IMG/VR virus record: IMGVR_UViG_2706795742_000001 | Coordinates: 11,168 to 75,167 of that record | Origin: a virus | Lineage: Duplodnaviria > Caudoviricetes | DNA length: 64,000 nucleotides | Reading direction: 5' to 3' (one strand) | In this document: positions 29,605 to 39,653 of the stretch, in pieces | Layout: the number at the start of each line of letters is the position of its first letter | Numbering within the stretch: the stretch's first letter is position 1 | Position numbers and translations under genes: made by a program | Notes under the pieces: generated by a model | Told to the model about the DNA's origin: nothing | Seen by the model: the letters and a program-made list of their open reading frames with translations, nothing else | Databases searched by the model: none

Positions 29605-30324
29605 CTATAACGGCCCCAGGTCGTAGGAATTTACCCTCTGACAAAACTGCTCGTCCCACTCTTCACGAACCTCTGGTGCGAATACCTCTGGCACCACGCA
29701 CATAAGCTCGCGGTAGATAGCACCGGCAACTTCCTGCATTTCAGCGTCGGCTGCCTCGTGGTCACGCTTGGAAACAAACTCCATCCATGAGCGAAGATTT
29801 CCACTCACGACAATTCGAGTTTCCAGGCTTCCCGGCATTACGGAACGTGCGGCCTCGCGCGCCTTCTTGCCGGTAATCCCTTTCTCTTCCAGCTTCTTGA
29901 GAATTGCTTCATATGCGTCTTCTGCGCGACAATAAACGTCGTCAATGGTGCTAACGATCCAAGGATCATCACGGACCATCGGCGGAACAATATATCCGAG
30001 ACCATTCTTAAGCGGATCGACATATCGACCAGAAAGCTCACTGAAAGAAAAATGTCGGTGGCGGACAAGCTCGTGAGTAAAGTTGCGAGAAATGCCGGTC
30101 AGGTAAAAACTGCACTGAACATGCTCAAGAACAGAGAAATGCTTCTGCTCGATAATGTTCTTGATATAGTCTTCCTGCTTTCGAGTTGCGTCGTTTGGCT
30201 TATTAAAGCTCTGGTAACAGCCGCGACCGGCAAACTCGATAATATTTGTCGACTTATGTGTGCGCTCAACCTCCATGCCATTCTGACTAAATACGTCAGG
30301 ACTAAACGGCAGGGAAATGCTCAT
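29605..30324 (-). CDS. thyX: FAD-dependent thymidylate synthase
   Basis: EFAGRxCY, HFSVLEH, HELVRHRHFSFSELSGRY signature, AREAAR, GNLRSW. Confidence 0.95.
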   Translation of the reverse strand: MSISLPFSPDVFSQNGMEVERTHKSTNIIEFAGRGCYQSFNKPNDATRKQEDYIKNIIEQKHFSVLEHVQCSFYLTGISRNFTHELVRHRHFSFSELSGRYVDPLKNGLGYIVPPMVRDDPWIVSTIDDVYCRAEDAYEAILKKLEEKGITGKKAREAARSVMPGSLETRIVVSGNLRSWMEFVSKRDHEAADAEMQEVAGAIYRELMCVVPEVFAPEVREEWDEQFCQRVNSYDLGPL

Positions 30325-30365
30325 AAGCGAAACTTCGCTAGTAACTGGACGTGTAGGCATAATTA

Positions 30366-31556
30366 TTACTGGCCCTTCTGCTTAAACTTGAGCTTTGGAG
30401 AATATTCCTTGGTGAGCAAATCCTGAATCTGCTGCTTTTGGTTGTCGTCCAATTCCTGACCCTTGAGAAGCTTATCAAGATCGGTGATATTGAACTTTCC
30501 AATTCGTGCGGCAATTCTCGGTCCGACTATCTGTGCGACGGCTGCGGGGTTTTTCAGCTTACGCCGACCCTGAGCGAGAACTTCGACCGAATGCTCATAT
30601 CCAAGTTCATCCTTCGCGGAAAGGCTGGTAATATCTTCCTCTCGCGCGTAGTTCGTAATTACTTTCTCGCAGTGATCGAGCAATCCGGTAAGACCTTCGA
30701 TCTGTCCCTTTAATTGCGCGTGGAGAAGTAGAGCCTGTTCGGGATCGAGAACGGCCAGCACGCCGCCAGCGTCCACGTTCCGGCGCAGAGCGGGGCACGA
30801 CGCCGCGATAGGGCAGAACCGGCACCCGACGCCGAGCCGGTAAGGCGCGTCCTCGCGGTCGGTGCTCAGGATAAGCTCAACGGTGCTCTGTAGCATTTGC
30901 CAGGTTTCAATGCATTCCTCGCGGGTGATAAAAACTCCCACGGTTTCATTAAAACGCAGCAAGTCTGCCATAACCCAAACGCCTGCGGGCTGCAATTCTT
31001 TGTACTGAATCATTGCGCACAGAGCGTAAAGCCTGAACTGCAATTTATTCTGCACTTCGTCGTAGGTCCAGCGCTGGGATACTGACTTGTAATCAACACA
31101 GCGCAATTCGACTTCACCGTCTTCATTTATGATCTTGTCCATGCGGTCAAAGATATAAGTGAAAAGAATGTCGTCTACTTCGGTGGGAATTCGTAGCTTC
31201 TGCTCGGTGCTGAGAACTTCCACGCCAGTAAAATCGGTGCGATCATGCCAGTCTCTGACCAGCTTTCGAGCGTCAATGAAATCTTCGTCAGACATATCTG
31301 TCTTGTGGAAGATTTCAACAAATGCCTCGTAAACAAGGTCGAGTAGGTAGTCTACATCGTCCCATTTATGAGTTTTCTTGAAGAACACTGCCTGAACAAA
31401 AAGTTCTAGTGCCTGGTGAGCGACGGTTCCAACATTTCCCCGCGTTGAGCCCTGTGGCTGTGGAATATAATCCACATACTGAGCCGCCCATTTCTGGGGG
31501 CACTGATCCCAAACGGCTAGCGCGCTAGCAGAAACGGTGCCAGATTTTGGCCTCAC
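30366..31556 (-). CDS. Cas4/RecB-like PD-(D/E)XK exonuclease
   Basis: N-terminal CP, GTVAHxALE, IFDRMD...VDYKS, QxxLY, CRFCP...C four-Cys cluster; GTG start inferred. Confidence 0.88.
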   Translation of the reverse strand: MRPKSGTVSASALAVWDQCPQKWAAQYVDYIPQPQGSTRGNVGTVAHQALELFVQAVFFKKTHKWDDVDYLLDLVYEAFVEIFHKTDMSDEDFIDARKLVRDWHDRTDFTGVEVLSTEQKLRIPTEVDDILFTYIFDRMDKIINEDGEVELRCVDYKSVSQRWTYDEVQNKLQFRLYALCAMIQYKELQPAGVWVMADLLRFNETVGVFITREECIETWQMLQSTVELILSTDREDAPYRLGVGCRFCPIAASCPALRRNVDAGGVLAVLDPEQALLLHAQLKGQIEGLTGLLDHCEKVITNYAREEDITSLSAKDELGYEHSVEVLAQGRRKLKNPAAVAQIVGPRIAARIGKFNITDLDKLLKGQELDDNQKQQIQDLLTKEYSPKLKFKQKGQ

Positions 31557-31587
31557 TTCATTTCCCCTCTCCAAACCAATTGAACAC

Positions 31588-31749
31588 CTAGTCTTCCAGT
31601 CTTTCCAGCGCAGACACTGAACCGTCTAGCACACTCTGGAATTTCTTGATAGCGGCCTCCATGGTTGCCGCCTCAAAATCCAGAGACTTTGAAACGGTGC
31701 TGTCTTTATACGAGATATGAACACTGATATTAGCGTCACTGAATGGCAT
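31588..31749 (-). CDS. small hypothetical protein (53 aa)
   Basis: MPFSDANISVHISYKD...; TAATG coupling. Confidence 0.55.
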   Translation of the reverse strand: MPFSDANISVHISYKDSTVSKSLDFEAATMEAAIKKFQSVLDGSVSALERLED

Positions 31750-31991
31750 TACTGTCCCCTATAATTAACGCCAGGGATTTTGCCACCGTCAAAATCATCA
31801 TCCTCGACAAGCTGCAAATGATCTGCAATCTTCTCTCTGAGCTTTTCTAGTGTCTTGGCGCGCAGTTCGATTTCAAACTTTCCGCCACGTTCGTCAAAAA
31901 TCTTGACTATCGCCTTGTAGTGCTTTACCTCTTCCTGGGCTGCCTTCATCTTGATCTTGTCCTCGTCTCTGTTGTAATTCGGGTAGCTCAT
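31749..31991 (-). CDS. hypothetical protein
   Basis: AGGAG RBS, 80 aa. Confidence 0.7.
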   Translation of the reverse strand: MSYPNYNRDEDKIKMKAAQEEVKHYKAIVKIFDERGGKFEIELRAKTLEKLREKIADHLQLVEDDDFDGGKIPGVNYRGQ

Positions 31992-32001
31992 TGCTTTTCT
32001 C

Positions 32002-32220
32002 CTAGCTAATTCTCGTCTCCCCGGCCCAAATGCCGTGCTTGCTGTCTGTGATTTTTCTGTAATCCCTACACTGATTTATTACCGGACAGGAACCGCATAT
32101 TTCTTTGGCGATCTTCCGCAAGTCGCCCCGACCGCGACCGGGAAAAAACACGTCATCCTCGTCGGCGGTAGCCGGACCCATACCTGAGCACGCGGCTTCG
32201 GATTTCCATTCTTCATCCAT
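32002..32220 (-). CDS. whiB: WhiB-family transcription factor
   Basis: W...AAC...FFP...AKEICGSCPV...C...GIWAG. Confidence 0.92.
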   Translation of the reverse strand: MDEEWKSEAACSGMGPATADEDDVFFPGRGRGDLRKIAKEICGSCPVINQCRDYRKITDSKHGIWAGETRIS

Positions 32221-32285
32221 TTGGAAGAATTTGGGAGAATCACCGTCTGGTAATTCGGAGCCTTCGCCGCAAATGCAAGGACTAT

Positions 32286-32534
32286 TTACTTTTCCGACAG
32301 GGAAGGCGTCAGGGGTGACAGTGACGGTTTCCCAGTGATAGAGTCCGAATGGTCCGTAATGCTTTCGCCTGACTGTGATGGGGTCTTTTCGACAGGAGAG
32401 TCGTTTGCAGACGCCGGTACAGACGAGTCTTTTGGGTCAGCGTCTTCTCCATACTTCGGAGAGAAGTCCATAAAACCAGTGTCGTTCTCTTCGTTGTCGT
32501 CAGTGAAAATTAGCGGATTGACGGCTTCACTCAT
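32286..32534 (-). CDS. acidic low-complexity hypothetical protein
   Basis: 82 aa, AAGGA RBS. Confidence 0.55.
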   Translation of the reverse strand: MSEAVNPLIFTDDNEENDTGFMDFSPKYGEDADPKDSSVPASANDSPVEKTPSQSGESITDHSDSITGKPSLSPLTPSLSEK

Positions 32535-32546
32535 TATCTAAAATCC

Positions 32547-33101
32547 TTACCACTCGTTATTGATCTTGGTTACTGGGTTTTGAATCCGCAACATCATGTT
32601 GCGGTACTTTTCTTCGGTTTCTGTTCTAACGTCAGGTGGTATGGCGGCAAAGAAATTATTGGTGCCAATCCCCCCGTCAATAATTTCTAGTTCACCGCGA
32701 ACAACCAGAACCATTCGGGGGACAGTGGCAATGCTCTGCTCAACCTGAATGGTTCTAATTGCGATATTGTCAACGTCATCGTGAAAACAGGTTCCAGTCA
32801 GTGCGTCTTCAATGAGCTTCTGCATATTAGTACCGTCAACCTTGTTCTTGGTTCTGGTACGATTCGCTTTGTCTTTGTATTGCTCGCGCTTTCGCCAGGT
32901 ATAAATATCCAGTGAATATCCAGGCTCCATCATAAATGCGCCCTGAGATTCAAGACTTTCCTTGACACCGAGCTTAAATGCCACGCCACCTTCATCCTGA
33001 CCGAATTTCACAAAGACCTTGTTACCCTTACGAATTCCTGACGCCGGTGGAACCTTCCACGGCTGAGGATTAAGCGGTACAGCGAAAATCTGAGTAATCA
33101 T
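32547..33101 (-). CDS. rusA: RusA-like Holliday junction resolvase
   Basis: VDGTNMQKLIEDAL...DD active-site pattern. Confidence 0.8.
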   Translation of the reverse strand: MITQIFAVPLNPQPWKVPPASGIRKGNKVFVKFGQDEGGVAFKLGVKESLESQGAFMMEPGYSLDIYTWRKREQYKDKANRTRTKNKVDGTNMQKLIEDALTGTCFHDDVDNIAIRTIQVEQSIATVPRMVLVVRGELEIIDGGIGTNNFFAAIPPDVRTETEEKYRNMMLRIQNPVTKINNEW

Positions 33102-33352
33102 ATTGCACCAATCACTGTAATCAAAATTCCAATAAGACCGAGAACTACTGCCATTACCAGAACCAGAATCCCGAAAGAAACAAGCAGGGCAAAGCAGAGT
33201 CCAATGAACTGACCGAGCTTATATGCGCCTGGGTGCTTTTCCTCGTCAGTTAGCTCTTTTACTGGTCCGGCTGCGGTGGGCGGTATCGGCTCGGTGGGGG
33301 TGTCGTCGAGCAAGAATGGATTTCCATTATCCGGATTCCACTGGTTCATCAT
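33098..33352 (-). CDS. membrane protein
   Basis: Long C-terminal hydrophobic stretch. Confidence 0.65.
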   Translation of the reverse strand: MMNQWNPDNGNPFLLDDTPTEPIPPTAAGPVKELTDEEKHPGAYKLGQFIGLCFALLVSFGILVLVMAVVLGLIGILITVIGAI

Positions 33353-33527
33353 TCACCTTCTTTTCACAAATCTATTCATCGCCCAGTTCGCTTTCTCTTT
33401 GCCCGCCTCTTGGCTTTATCCTTTGCCTTCTTGGCGGCTTGAAGCTCTTGCCTTTTTCCGGTGAGGCCGGAAGCAATTGCAAGATACTTAGCCATTTCTG
33501 AGCTGTGCCTCATATCCTGATTCTTCA

Positions 33528-33833
33528 TTATTCCTTCTCGGCATTTGGTGCATACAGCACGGTAAACGGCGGAAACACCGGATAAATAGAGAACTTGCCG
33601 CTATTCAGGATCGAAAAGCATGTTCCATTGCTGTCTCGAATAAACGCACCCTTTGGCAGTTCTTCGAGGTCATCAACATCATTGATAACTCGCGCCTGGT
33701 CTATCTCATTAAGCATGTGCTCGGAATAGCTCTTTGGACCCATAGAAAGCGGATCAAAGCTCCATCCGCATTCACAAGAAAAGTGATCTATCGGCGGGTG
33801 ATTGTAAACAACCATGCTGGTAATTCCGGACAT
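33528..33833 (-). CDS. hypothetical protein
   Basis: 101 aa, packed with neighbours. Confidence 0.65.
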   Translation of the reverse strand: MSGITSMVVYNHPPIDHFSCECGWSFDPLSMGPKSYSEHMLNEIDQARVINDVDDLEELPKGAFIRDSNGTCFSILNSGKFSIYPVFPPFTVLYAPNAEKE

Positions 33834-33834
33834 T

Positions 33835-34971
33835 TTATGCTCCTTCGATTTCTACCTGCGGTGCAATCCACGCTTCATATCCCGCGCCGCCCTGGATATA
33901 TGTAAACAGCTTCTGCTTTTCAAGTCCCTGCTCAAAATACAGAGTCGCATGACTTCCAATTGAATTAGTCACAGCGTCTCGTGCATATGCACCGTTAAGA
34001 CTTAGCAGAGTGGGAATATCTGGACCGCCGGTTGCTCCGATAATATCAGATACCTTTTCCTCCGTCTCGGAAATAATGGTGAATAGAAGAGAATCCTTGG
34101 CGGCAAGCATTTTAACTCGCGCCTTCTGATTCTTGCGAATGATCGTAAAAATACGGTCACACACTTCCTTGTATTCATCCACATTTACCGTGATAGAACC
34201 ATTGTATGCATTCGCATTCGGCAGCTTAAGCAATCCGCATTTATTCTCCGCAAACCTGGATACCTCAACCTGCGTGTATTCATCTGGTGTAATGCCCAAT
34301 CCCTTTTCGGTTTTAGTGAGCAATACGTCACCCGCATGGTGAATTACGCCAGTGAGATTCTTTACAGGAATGGTCACTGGTCCGTCTGCCAGTGCGGGGA
34401 TCACGATTGGCACGCTCGCGCAGACGTAGCGATTAGTCGCCATTGCGTAGTTACCGTCCAGATATACGCCGCTAAGTTCCGGTGTCGCTTCATCGTCCTT
34501 GCTCGCGGCCCACGCTACGGCCTCTATTTTGCTCGCCAGCCCGTTAATAGCGATGGAACCATCCTCACTAAAGGGGTTCCATTCTGGGAACGCAGAATTG
34601 AGAATGAGCGGCACTGAGCCGGTCGTCTCTCCGCGCCGCTTTTGCTGAGTCATGGCAAGCTGACCGGGAATCTTCGTATCGGTCAGGGTGACCACGGCAC
34701 CGCGCGACTTCGGCAATGAATCGAGGAATTTAGAGGCCACCGGAGCGACCCGCCAATAGCCGGACCCGATTACCTGCAACCCGGAGATTCGGCGTCGAAA
34801 GAATACATTGAGGTCGGTACTCGAAACAAACACGTCGTTAGTATTCTCATCGAATTCAATCAGAATGCCAGCGGTGAAAACCTCGCCACTTCCAAACCCG
34901 CTAGGCGCAACTCGTGCAGCCTTAACCATTGCGTCTGCGATGGTTGCCGTTTCCACTGAAATCTCTGGCAT
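33835..34971 (-). CDS. dnaN: DNA polymerase III sliding clamp (beta)-like
   Basis: 378 aa; STDL, FPEW, LSGVY, ATNRY clamp motifs. Confidence 0.88.
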   Translation of the reverse strand: MPEISVETATIADAMVKAARVAPSGFGSGEVFTAGILIEFDENTNDVFVSSTDLNVFFRRRISGLQVIGSGYWRVAPVASKFLDSLPKSRGAVVTLTDTKIPGQLAMTQQKRRGETTGSVPLILNSAFPEWNPFSEDGSIAINGLASKIEAVAWAASKDDEATPELSGVYLDGNYAMATNRYVCASVPIVIPALADGPVTIPVKNLTGVIHHAGDVLLTKTEKGLGITPDEYTQVEVSRFAENKCGLLKLPNANAYNGSITVNVDEYKEVCDRIFTIIRKNQKARVKMLAAKDSLLFTIISETEEKVSDIIGATGGPDIPTLLSLNGAYARDAVTNSIGSHATLYFEQGLEKQKLFTYIQGGAGYEAWIAPQVEIEGA

Positions 34972-35056
34972 ATCTAATTACTCCAATTCAACTCTTCGTA
35001 CGATTTTCAGGCCAGCTTCGTTAATCGTGTCAATGGCGATCTTTGCCGCAATTTCC

Positions 35057-35647
35057 TCACTCGATAAACAGGTTCTCTGCATAGAAAGCAAGTTCATTTC
35101 GAGTAGCATTGCAATCTGCCAGAGAGCGGTGCGCAGGACTGAAATCCTTATTCCGCTCGGCATATTCTGCGATAAGCTCGGGTCGCCAAACCTTGCAGAA
35201 TTCCTTCATGGAGCTAACGTCCATATTCCGATAATGGAATTGCTTATCAAGCTCGGGCATTTGCTTCGCAATGAACTTGCGGTCAAACAGAATGCTAGAG
35301 CCACACATGGGAAGCATAATATGGTTCTCGCCGAGGCCGTGATCCTTCATAAAGGAAACTGCCTGAACTTCAATGTCCCGGTGATCCAGAATATTGCCAT
35401 TGGCATGGAGCAAGCCGATTTCGTTGGTGAGATTATTCTCCTGGTGCATATTCCAGACGTACTTGTCATCTTGATTCTTTAGCCATTCAAGATGATCCAT
35501 AACCAGCGGACTCACAATACAGCGAGACCATTCTGCAATCAGTTCAAGTCGGGCAGTGTAAATCTGGATTGCAATTTCCAGCATGATATTAGTATCGGGA
35601 TCGAGTCCAGTTGTCTCGGTGTCCACGATTACAAACTTGGGCTGCAT
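35057..35647 (-). CDS. orn: oligoribonuclease (DEDDh 3'-5' exonuclease)
   Basis: DTETTGL...WNMH..NNL...CGSSILFDRKF...FHYRNMDVSS.KE...HRSLAD. Confidence 0.88.
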   Translation of the reverse strand: MQPKFVIVDTETTGLDPDTNIMLEIAIQIYTARLELIAEWSRCIVSPLVMDHLEWLKNQDDKYVWNMHQENNLTNEIGLLHANGNILDHRDIEVQAVSFMKDHGLGENHIMLPMCGSSILFDRKFIAKQMPELDKQFHYRNMDVSSMKEFCKVWRPELIAEYAERNKDFSPAHRSLADCNATRNELAFYAENLFIE

Positions 35648-35649
35648 GA

Positions 35650-35907
35650 TTAATCCTCTTCTCCGGTTTCTTCTGTATTTCCATACATCTTAATTGCCAG
35701 GTCAATAATGTCAGTCTTGGGGATTCGCCAATCTCGGCCAATTTTCATTGATCCAGGAAGACTGCCATTCTTTAGCCATTCACCGACGGTAGTTCGGCTA
35801 ACTCGAAAAAATTCCATGACCTCGGAAGCGGTCAGCATATCTGGAAGATTTTCTACAAGCCGCTCAGCCCGCTTCCGCTTTTCCGCGGTACTGTGCTGCA
35901 TGGTCAT
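35650..35907 (-). CDS. excisionase-like HTH (HTH_17) DNA-binding protein
   Basis: LTASEVMEFFRVSRTTV.EWLKNG.LPG.KIGRDWRIP. Confidence 0.85.
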   Translation of the reverse strand: MTMQHSTAEKRKRAERLVENLPDMLTASEVMEFFRVSRTTVGEWLKNGSLPGSMKIGRDWRIPKTDIIDLAIKMYGNTEETGEED

Positions 35908-37445
35908 TTCTTATTCCTCTTTTCTTTTTCCTCCAACATAGCTTGGGTAATTGCCTTCTTGAGCAGTGGATCAGTTTCAACGATTGAATCTGCAATCTTC
36001 TGTTTGACTTCTAGAATTTCGTTAACACGATCTTCCACTGAGTCCTTGACTAGATAATCAAGAACCTGAACTGGCTGAGACTTATCAGCTCCAATTCGGT
36101 GAAGCCGGTCAATTGCCTGCTGGTTGAGTGGAGGATTAAACAGCTTGTCTAGCCGCTGGCAATACCGCGCCGCGGTCATATTCAATCCGGTACCAGCGAC
36201 CGAGTAGATACAAACAATAACACCCGGCTCTTCGTGGTCAGCCCATTCATTAACCACCTTAACTCGATCTTCTGCGGGAACGTCACCATTAAGGACGAAC
36301 ACCGGGAATGTAGCCATTTTATTGTGAATGGGAGCAAATTTACCACTGCCCATTGGCCTATTTGAGCCCTTGTTAAATGCTGCCGTGAGTCGATTAACAA
36401 ACGCTTCCTGAACACCGCGATACTGAGTGAATACCACCACTCGCTCGCCCTGTTTTACCAGGTCCACTGCGTCAAATAGTGCAGCGTCGAGCTTGTCGGA
36501 ATAGTCTTCCTTATTTTCCAGGACAGTAGCGGTTGTTCCGCAAATCTGCTTAAGTCGCAAGAATTTCGTGAGCACATTGTCGATTTCATCCGGCTCATCG
36601 TTTTCGGACCGGGTGATCTGCAAATCCTCTAGAACCTGGTCATACAGCTTCTGCTGTTTGGTATGCAGTCCGACTAGGCGCGGCGTGATCTGGACTTCCG
36701 GCAAATCAAGAACGTCTTTCTTGAGACGTCGGATCATAATTTGAGCGAGCTTGGCATTCAAGTCTTGCTCATTTTTGACTGCCACGATTTCGCGGTTTTC
36801 ATACCCGCCATAAACAGCGTAGGTATTCAGGAATCCGTAGTAGCTTCCAAATGCCGCAGGATCGACCATGCTTGCCAGCGACCAAATATCATTCACATGA
36901 TTCAGGATCGGAGAGCCGGTCAGAAAGAATCGGCGTGTGCAGGTTTCCGCAAGCGCTCGTGCCGCTTTTGTTCGCTGCGCCGAGGGATTCTTCAACATAT
37001 GAGCTTCGTCAAACAGCACAATGTCGAACTGCATACTAATAAGCTGTTCCAGGTGCGGCTTAACCTGCTCGTAGTTCATAATCAAAACTCTCGGCACGTC
37101 AAGCTGAGAGAATTGATCCAAATGCTTCTGTCGAGCGGGCGCGGGCTTATTCGGAAGAACGCTGTAAATCACGTCTCCCATGAACTTGTCGATTTCGTTT
37201 GCCCAGTTGAGTTTGAGCGTAGTCGGACAGATAACAATCATCGAGTTGCATCGGCCCATAAAAAGGTCGATACCGAATACGGTAAGGGACTGAATTGACT
37301 TTCCAAGTCCCATTTCGTCGGCGAGAATAAAACTCTGCATAGTTGCAGCCCGCCGAATTCCCTCGACCTGGTGCTCGTAATACTTAATATCGTCCTTAAT
37401 GTAAGGCTCTAGGCTCTTACGATTAGCGAGTCCAGGTGCGGTCAT
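35904..37445 (-). CDS. SNF2-family helicase
   Basis: LADEMGLGKS, DEAH, LTGSPILN, GLNMT, QAIDRLHRIG. Confidence 0.95.
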   Translation of the reverse strand: MTAPGLANRKSLEPYIKDDIKYYEHQVEGIRRAATMQSFILADEMGLGKSIQSLTVFGIDLFMGRCNSMIVICPTTLKLNWANEIDKFMGDVIYSVLPNKPAPARQKHLDQFSQLDVPRVLIMNYEQVKPHLEQLISMQFDIVLFDEAHMLKNPSAQRTKAARALAETCTRRFFLTGSPILNHVNDIWSLASMVDPAAFGSYYGFLNTYAVYGGYENREIVAVKNEQDLNAKLAQIMIRRLKKDVLDLPEVQITPRLVGLHTKQQKLYDQVLEDLQITRSENDEPDEIDNVLTKFLRLKQICGTTATVLENKEDYSDKLDAALFDAVDLVKQGERVVVFTQYRGVQEAFVNRLTAAFNKGSNRPMGSGKFAPIHNKMATFPVFVLNGDVPAEDRVKVVNEWADHEEPGVIVCIYSVAGTGLNMTAARYCQRLDKLFNPPLNQQAIDRLHRIGADKSQPVQVLDYLVKDSVEDRVNEILEVKQKIADSIVETDPLLKKAITQAMLEEKEKRNKK

Positions 37446-37463
37446 ATTAACCGTGCTCCTTTC

Positions 37464-37835
37464 TTATTCAAATCCGAGCAGAAACTTAATCAGATAATCA
37501 GGATCGACATTCATTCCTGCGTCGTGCATTCTCTGTTCAAGTCGACCCTGATACTTGCTCGCCATGAAGGTAATTGTCTTCTTGTCGTTTGCATATGGGT
37601 TCAGCATACACAACATCAAGAAAAGGTTTGCCATATCCCTTGGTGGCAATTCCTGCAACCAGTTATCAATCACACTGTTTAGTGCTTGATTTCGCATGTT
37701 CTCAAGCTCTTGCTTGTTGTGATTAATGCGAGCGGCCTCGTTCATCTTATTGAAGAACTCCGGGTCGCTGGGATCAATGAAAAACTGGTAATTGGGATCG
37801 TTCGGGTCACTCGGCATATTATTACCGTCGGTCAT
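37464..37835 (-). CDS. hypothetical protein
   Basis: 123 aa ORF. Confidence 0.7.
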   Translation of the reverse strand: MTDGNNMPSDPNDPNYQFFIDPSDPEFFNKMNEAARINHNKQELENMRNQALNSVIDNWLQELPPRDMANLFLMLCMLNPYANDKKTITFMASKYQGRLEQRMHDAGMNVDPDYLIKFLLGFE

Positions 37836-38055
37836 ATTCGTGAACCTCCACTACTCGATAAACCTTGCAAGGATTGGTTGGCTGTGCAATTCCGGCGCAG
37901 GCCGAAACAATCAAGCTATTTTCCTCTTGGACCGCGGCCTTAGCTCGGCTAATATCTACATAAGCGAGTCCTCCGATAACATCAATATCAGGCTCATGCC
38001 CAGTATCAGTATCAAGTCCGGTGACATAAGCTGCAATATAAAATTCTTCTGGCAT
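37822..38055 (-). CDS. hypothetical protein
   Basis: 77 aa ORF. Confidence 0.6.
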   Translation of the reverse strand: MPEEFYIAAYVTGLDTDTGHEPDIDVIGGLAYVDISRAKAAVQEENSLIVSACAGIAQPTNPCKVYRVVEVHEYDRR

Positions 38056-38056
38056 T

Positions 38057-38512
38057 TTAGATCAGGTCCTCATGCTTGGGGCAGTAGATGACAATTGCGG
38101 CACCGAGAAAGGTGCTTGCAGTTTCCGTGGTAAAAAGCGGTCCGTCTACGAGCACGCCCATAACCTCTTCAAGCGACGCATTTCGATCAAGTGCGCTACA
38201 GGCGTCCCGTGCGAGCGAAATGTAGTCAGTCCAGGTAACGCCTGGCTCTGTAGTAATTCCACCGTCTTCGAGAACGCTTCGGAATACCTGAGCCTTTTGG
38301 TCCGCATTCAGCATTCCGTACTGGTCGCGGACTTTCTTGGTCGTGGTGGCCGTGGTGGTTTCGACCGGCAAGACGTTGGTCTCGGGGGTTTCAGTAACCG
38401 TAACCTGACTGCTAGCGGTAGAACTATTTTCCAGAGCACTGCAAGCTGTGCCGGAGAAGATAACTGCTGCGGCAGAAATCACCGCTAGCGAAATTCGTGC
38501 TGTCTTACGCAT
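38057..38512 (-). CDS. lipoprotein with DUF732-like domain
   Basis: Signal peptide with lipobox GTAC, Thr-rich linker, F..vL...G...C..L...GAA...YCP pattern; start 38512 has GACAGG motif. Confidence 0.75.
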   Translation of the reverse strand: MRKTARISLAVISAAAVIFSGTACSALENSSTASSQVTVTETPETNVLPVETTTATTTKKVRDQYGMLNADQKAQVFRSVLEDGGITTEPGVTWTDYISLARDACSALDRNASLEEVMGVLVDGPLFTTETASTFLGAAIVIYCPKHEDLI

Positions 38513-38584
38513 TTTCTTGATCCTGTCTTGAGGAATTACTGAATTACTGTGAGCTAGTGCTGTTTTGAGAAAAAAATATAAGGG

Positions 38585-38682
38585 CAATTTAATAAAGGTC
38601 GCTCGAATAATGATCCATTCTACTGCCAATGCCCAGCAAGGATTATTCGAGCCGTTACCGCATGGCGACCTTTATTAAATTG
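38585..38682. other. long nested hairpin upstream of lipoprotein gene
   Basis: 18-bp perfect outer arms 38585-38602/38665-38682 plus inner gctcgaataat/attattcgagc; T-tract follows on - strand. Confidence 0.65.
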
Positions 38683-38686
38683 ATCC

Positions 38687-38834
38687 AAGTAATGCGTGGG
38701 TTAGAACTGCACTCCTGGAATGCACCAGGATCGTGTACCAGCCTTTAAGATACAGCTCTCATTACCGGGAATTTGCGCCCTCGCACCGGGGAGAATGCTA
38801 ATGCGTAAATCTGGGACGACCCACATTATTACTT
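38687..38834 (-). ncRNA. candidate structured RNA element, copy A
   Basis: Shares ordered blocks and stem positions with 43314-43411. Confidence 0.5.
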
Positions 38835-39498
38835 AGAACGGCAGTCCGCTACTTGCCGGTGCCGCATTATCTGCGGCGGGCGGCGCGGGCGGGCTTGCCG
38901 GTGCGCTGGCTCCCGGCGACGGCGGCGCGGGGGGCGCATTACCGGCGGGCGGGGTCGGCGGTGCGGAAGCGGGCGGCGGCGTCGGTGCAGCGGAAGACTG
39001 CCCCATTGCCGAAATACCCGAATCATCCGACTTGGCGGAATTCGTCTGACCGGAACGAACCTGCTCAGCGGTAGGAATATCGCGCTTACGTCGAGTGTCG
39101 TCAAACAGATTGGGCTGAGCGTCAACCCACTGCTGCGCGACGGCAATTTCCTCGTCAGTAAGTGCCTCCACCGTGATATACGAATTCGTCTTCGTCTTGT
39201 TTTCCTTCATGCGAAGACGAATCGGCAGGGTCTCTCCGACGTGACCATTCAGGTTGTCCCAAATGATCTCATTCATCCACATCACATGGATAAACACTTC
39301 CTGAGTAGTCAGGTCGAGAATATCCAGGTAAAGCGCCTTACCGTCACCAGCGGGAGAATACTGCGTTCGCATGTTCTCGCGCTTGTCAACGATATTCACC
39401 AGCAGAGGGTGGGCCGCTTCTGCGACATTTGCCGCCTTAAGACGATCACCCTCGATTTGCGAAGTCGGCTCAAAGTTGCCGAGCTTTCCCATTCCCAT
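38833..39498 (-). CDS. ssDNA-binding-like protein
   Basis: Beta-rich N-terminal domain, Pro/Ala-rich tail ending in LPF; AAGGAG RBS at 39498. Confidence 0.55.
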   Translation of the reverse strand: MGMGKLGNFEPTSQIEGDRLKAANVAEAAHPLLVNIVDKRENMRTQYSPAGDGKALYLDILDLTTQEVFIHVMWMNEIIWDNLNGHVGETLPIRLRMKENKTKTNSYITVEALTDEEIAVAQQWVDAQPNLFDDTRRKRDIPTAEQVRSGQTNSAKSDDSGISAMGQSSAAPTPPPASAPPTPPAGNAPPAPPSPGASAPASPPAPPAADNAAPASSGLPF

Positions 39499-39653
39499 TT
39501 TGTTTTCTCCTTGTTTCGATTTTCGTTGCCCTGTTGCAGCGGTTGGGGAACCGCTACCGCGTGGCACTGCTAACGCTACCGCGTGCTGCCTACGTTCGCA
39601 AGCGGGACTTGCCAGAACTTACGCGGGTTATCGGCGGTGCTGTGTGAGTGTAT

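Noticed and set aside
38621-38633. ACTGCCAATGCC matches part of a rice twister ribozyme as I recall it
   Set aside because: The twister core (UAA, UCCCAAGC-like loop, GAGGG) is absent
38600-38655. GGCTCGAAT resembling a tRNA T-loop
   Set aside because: No cloverleaf, D arm or anticodon arm; no tRNA gene recognised anywhere in the window
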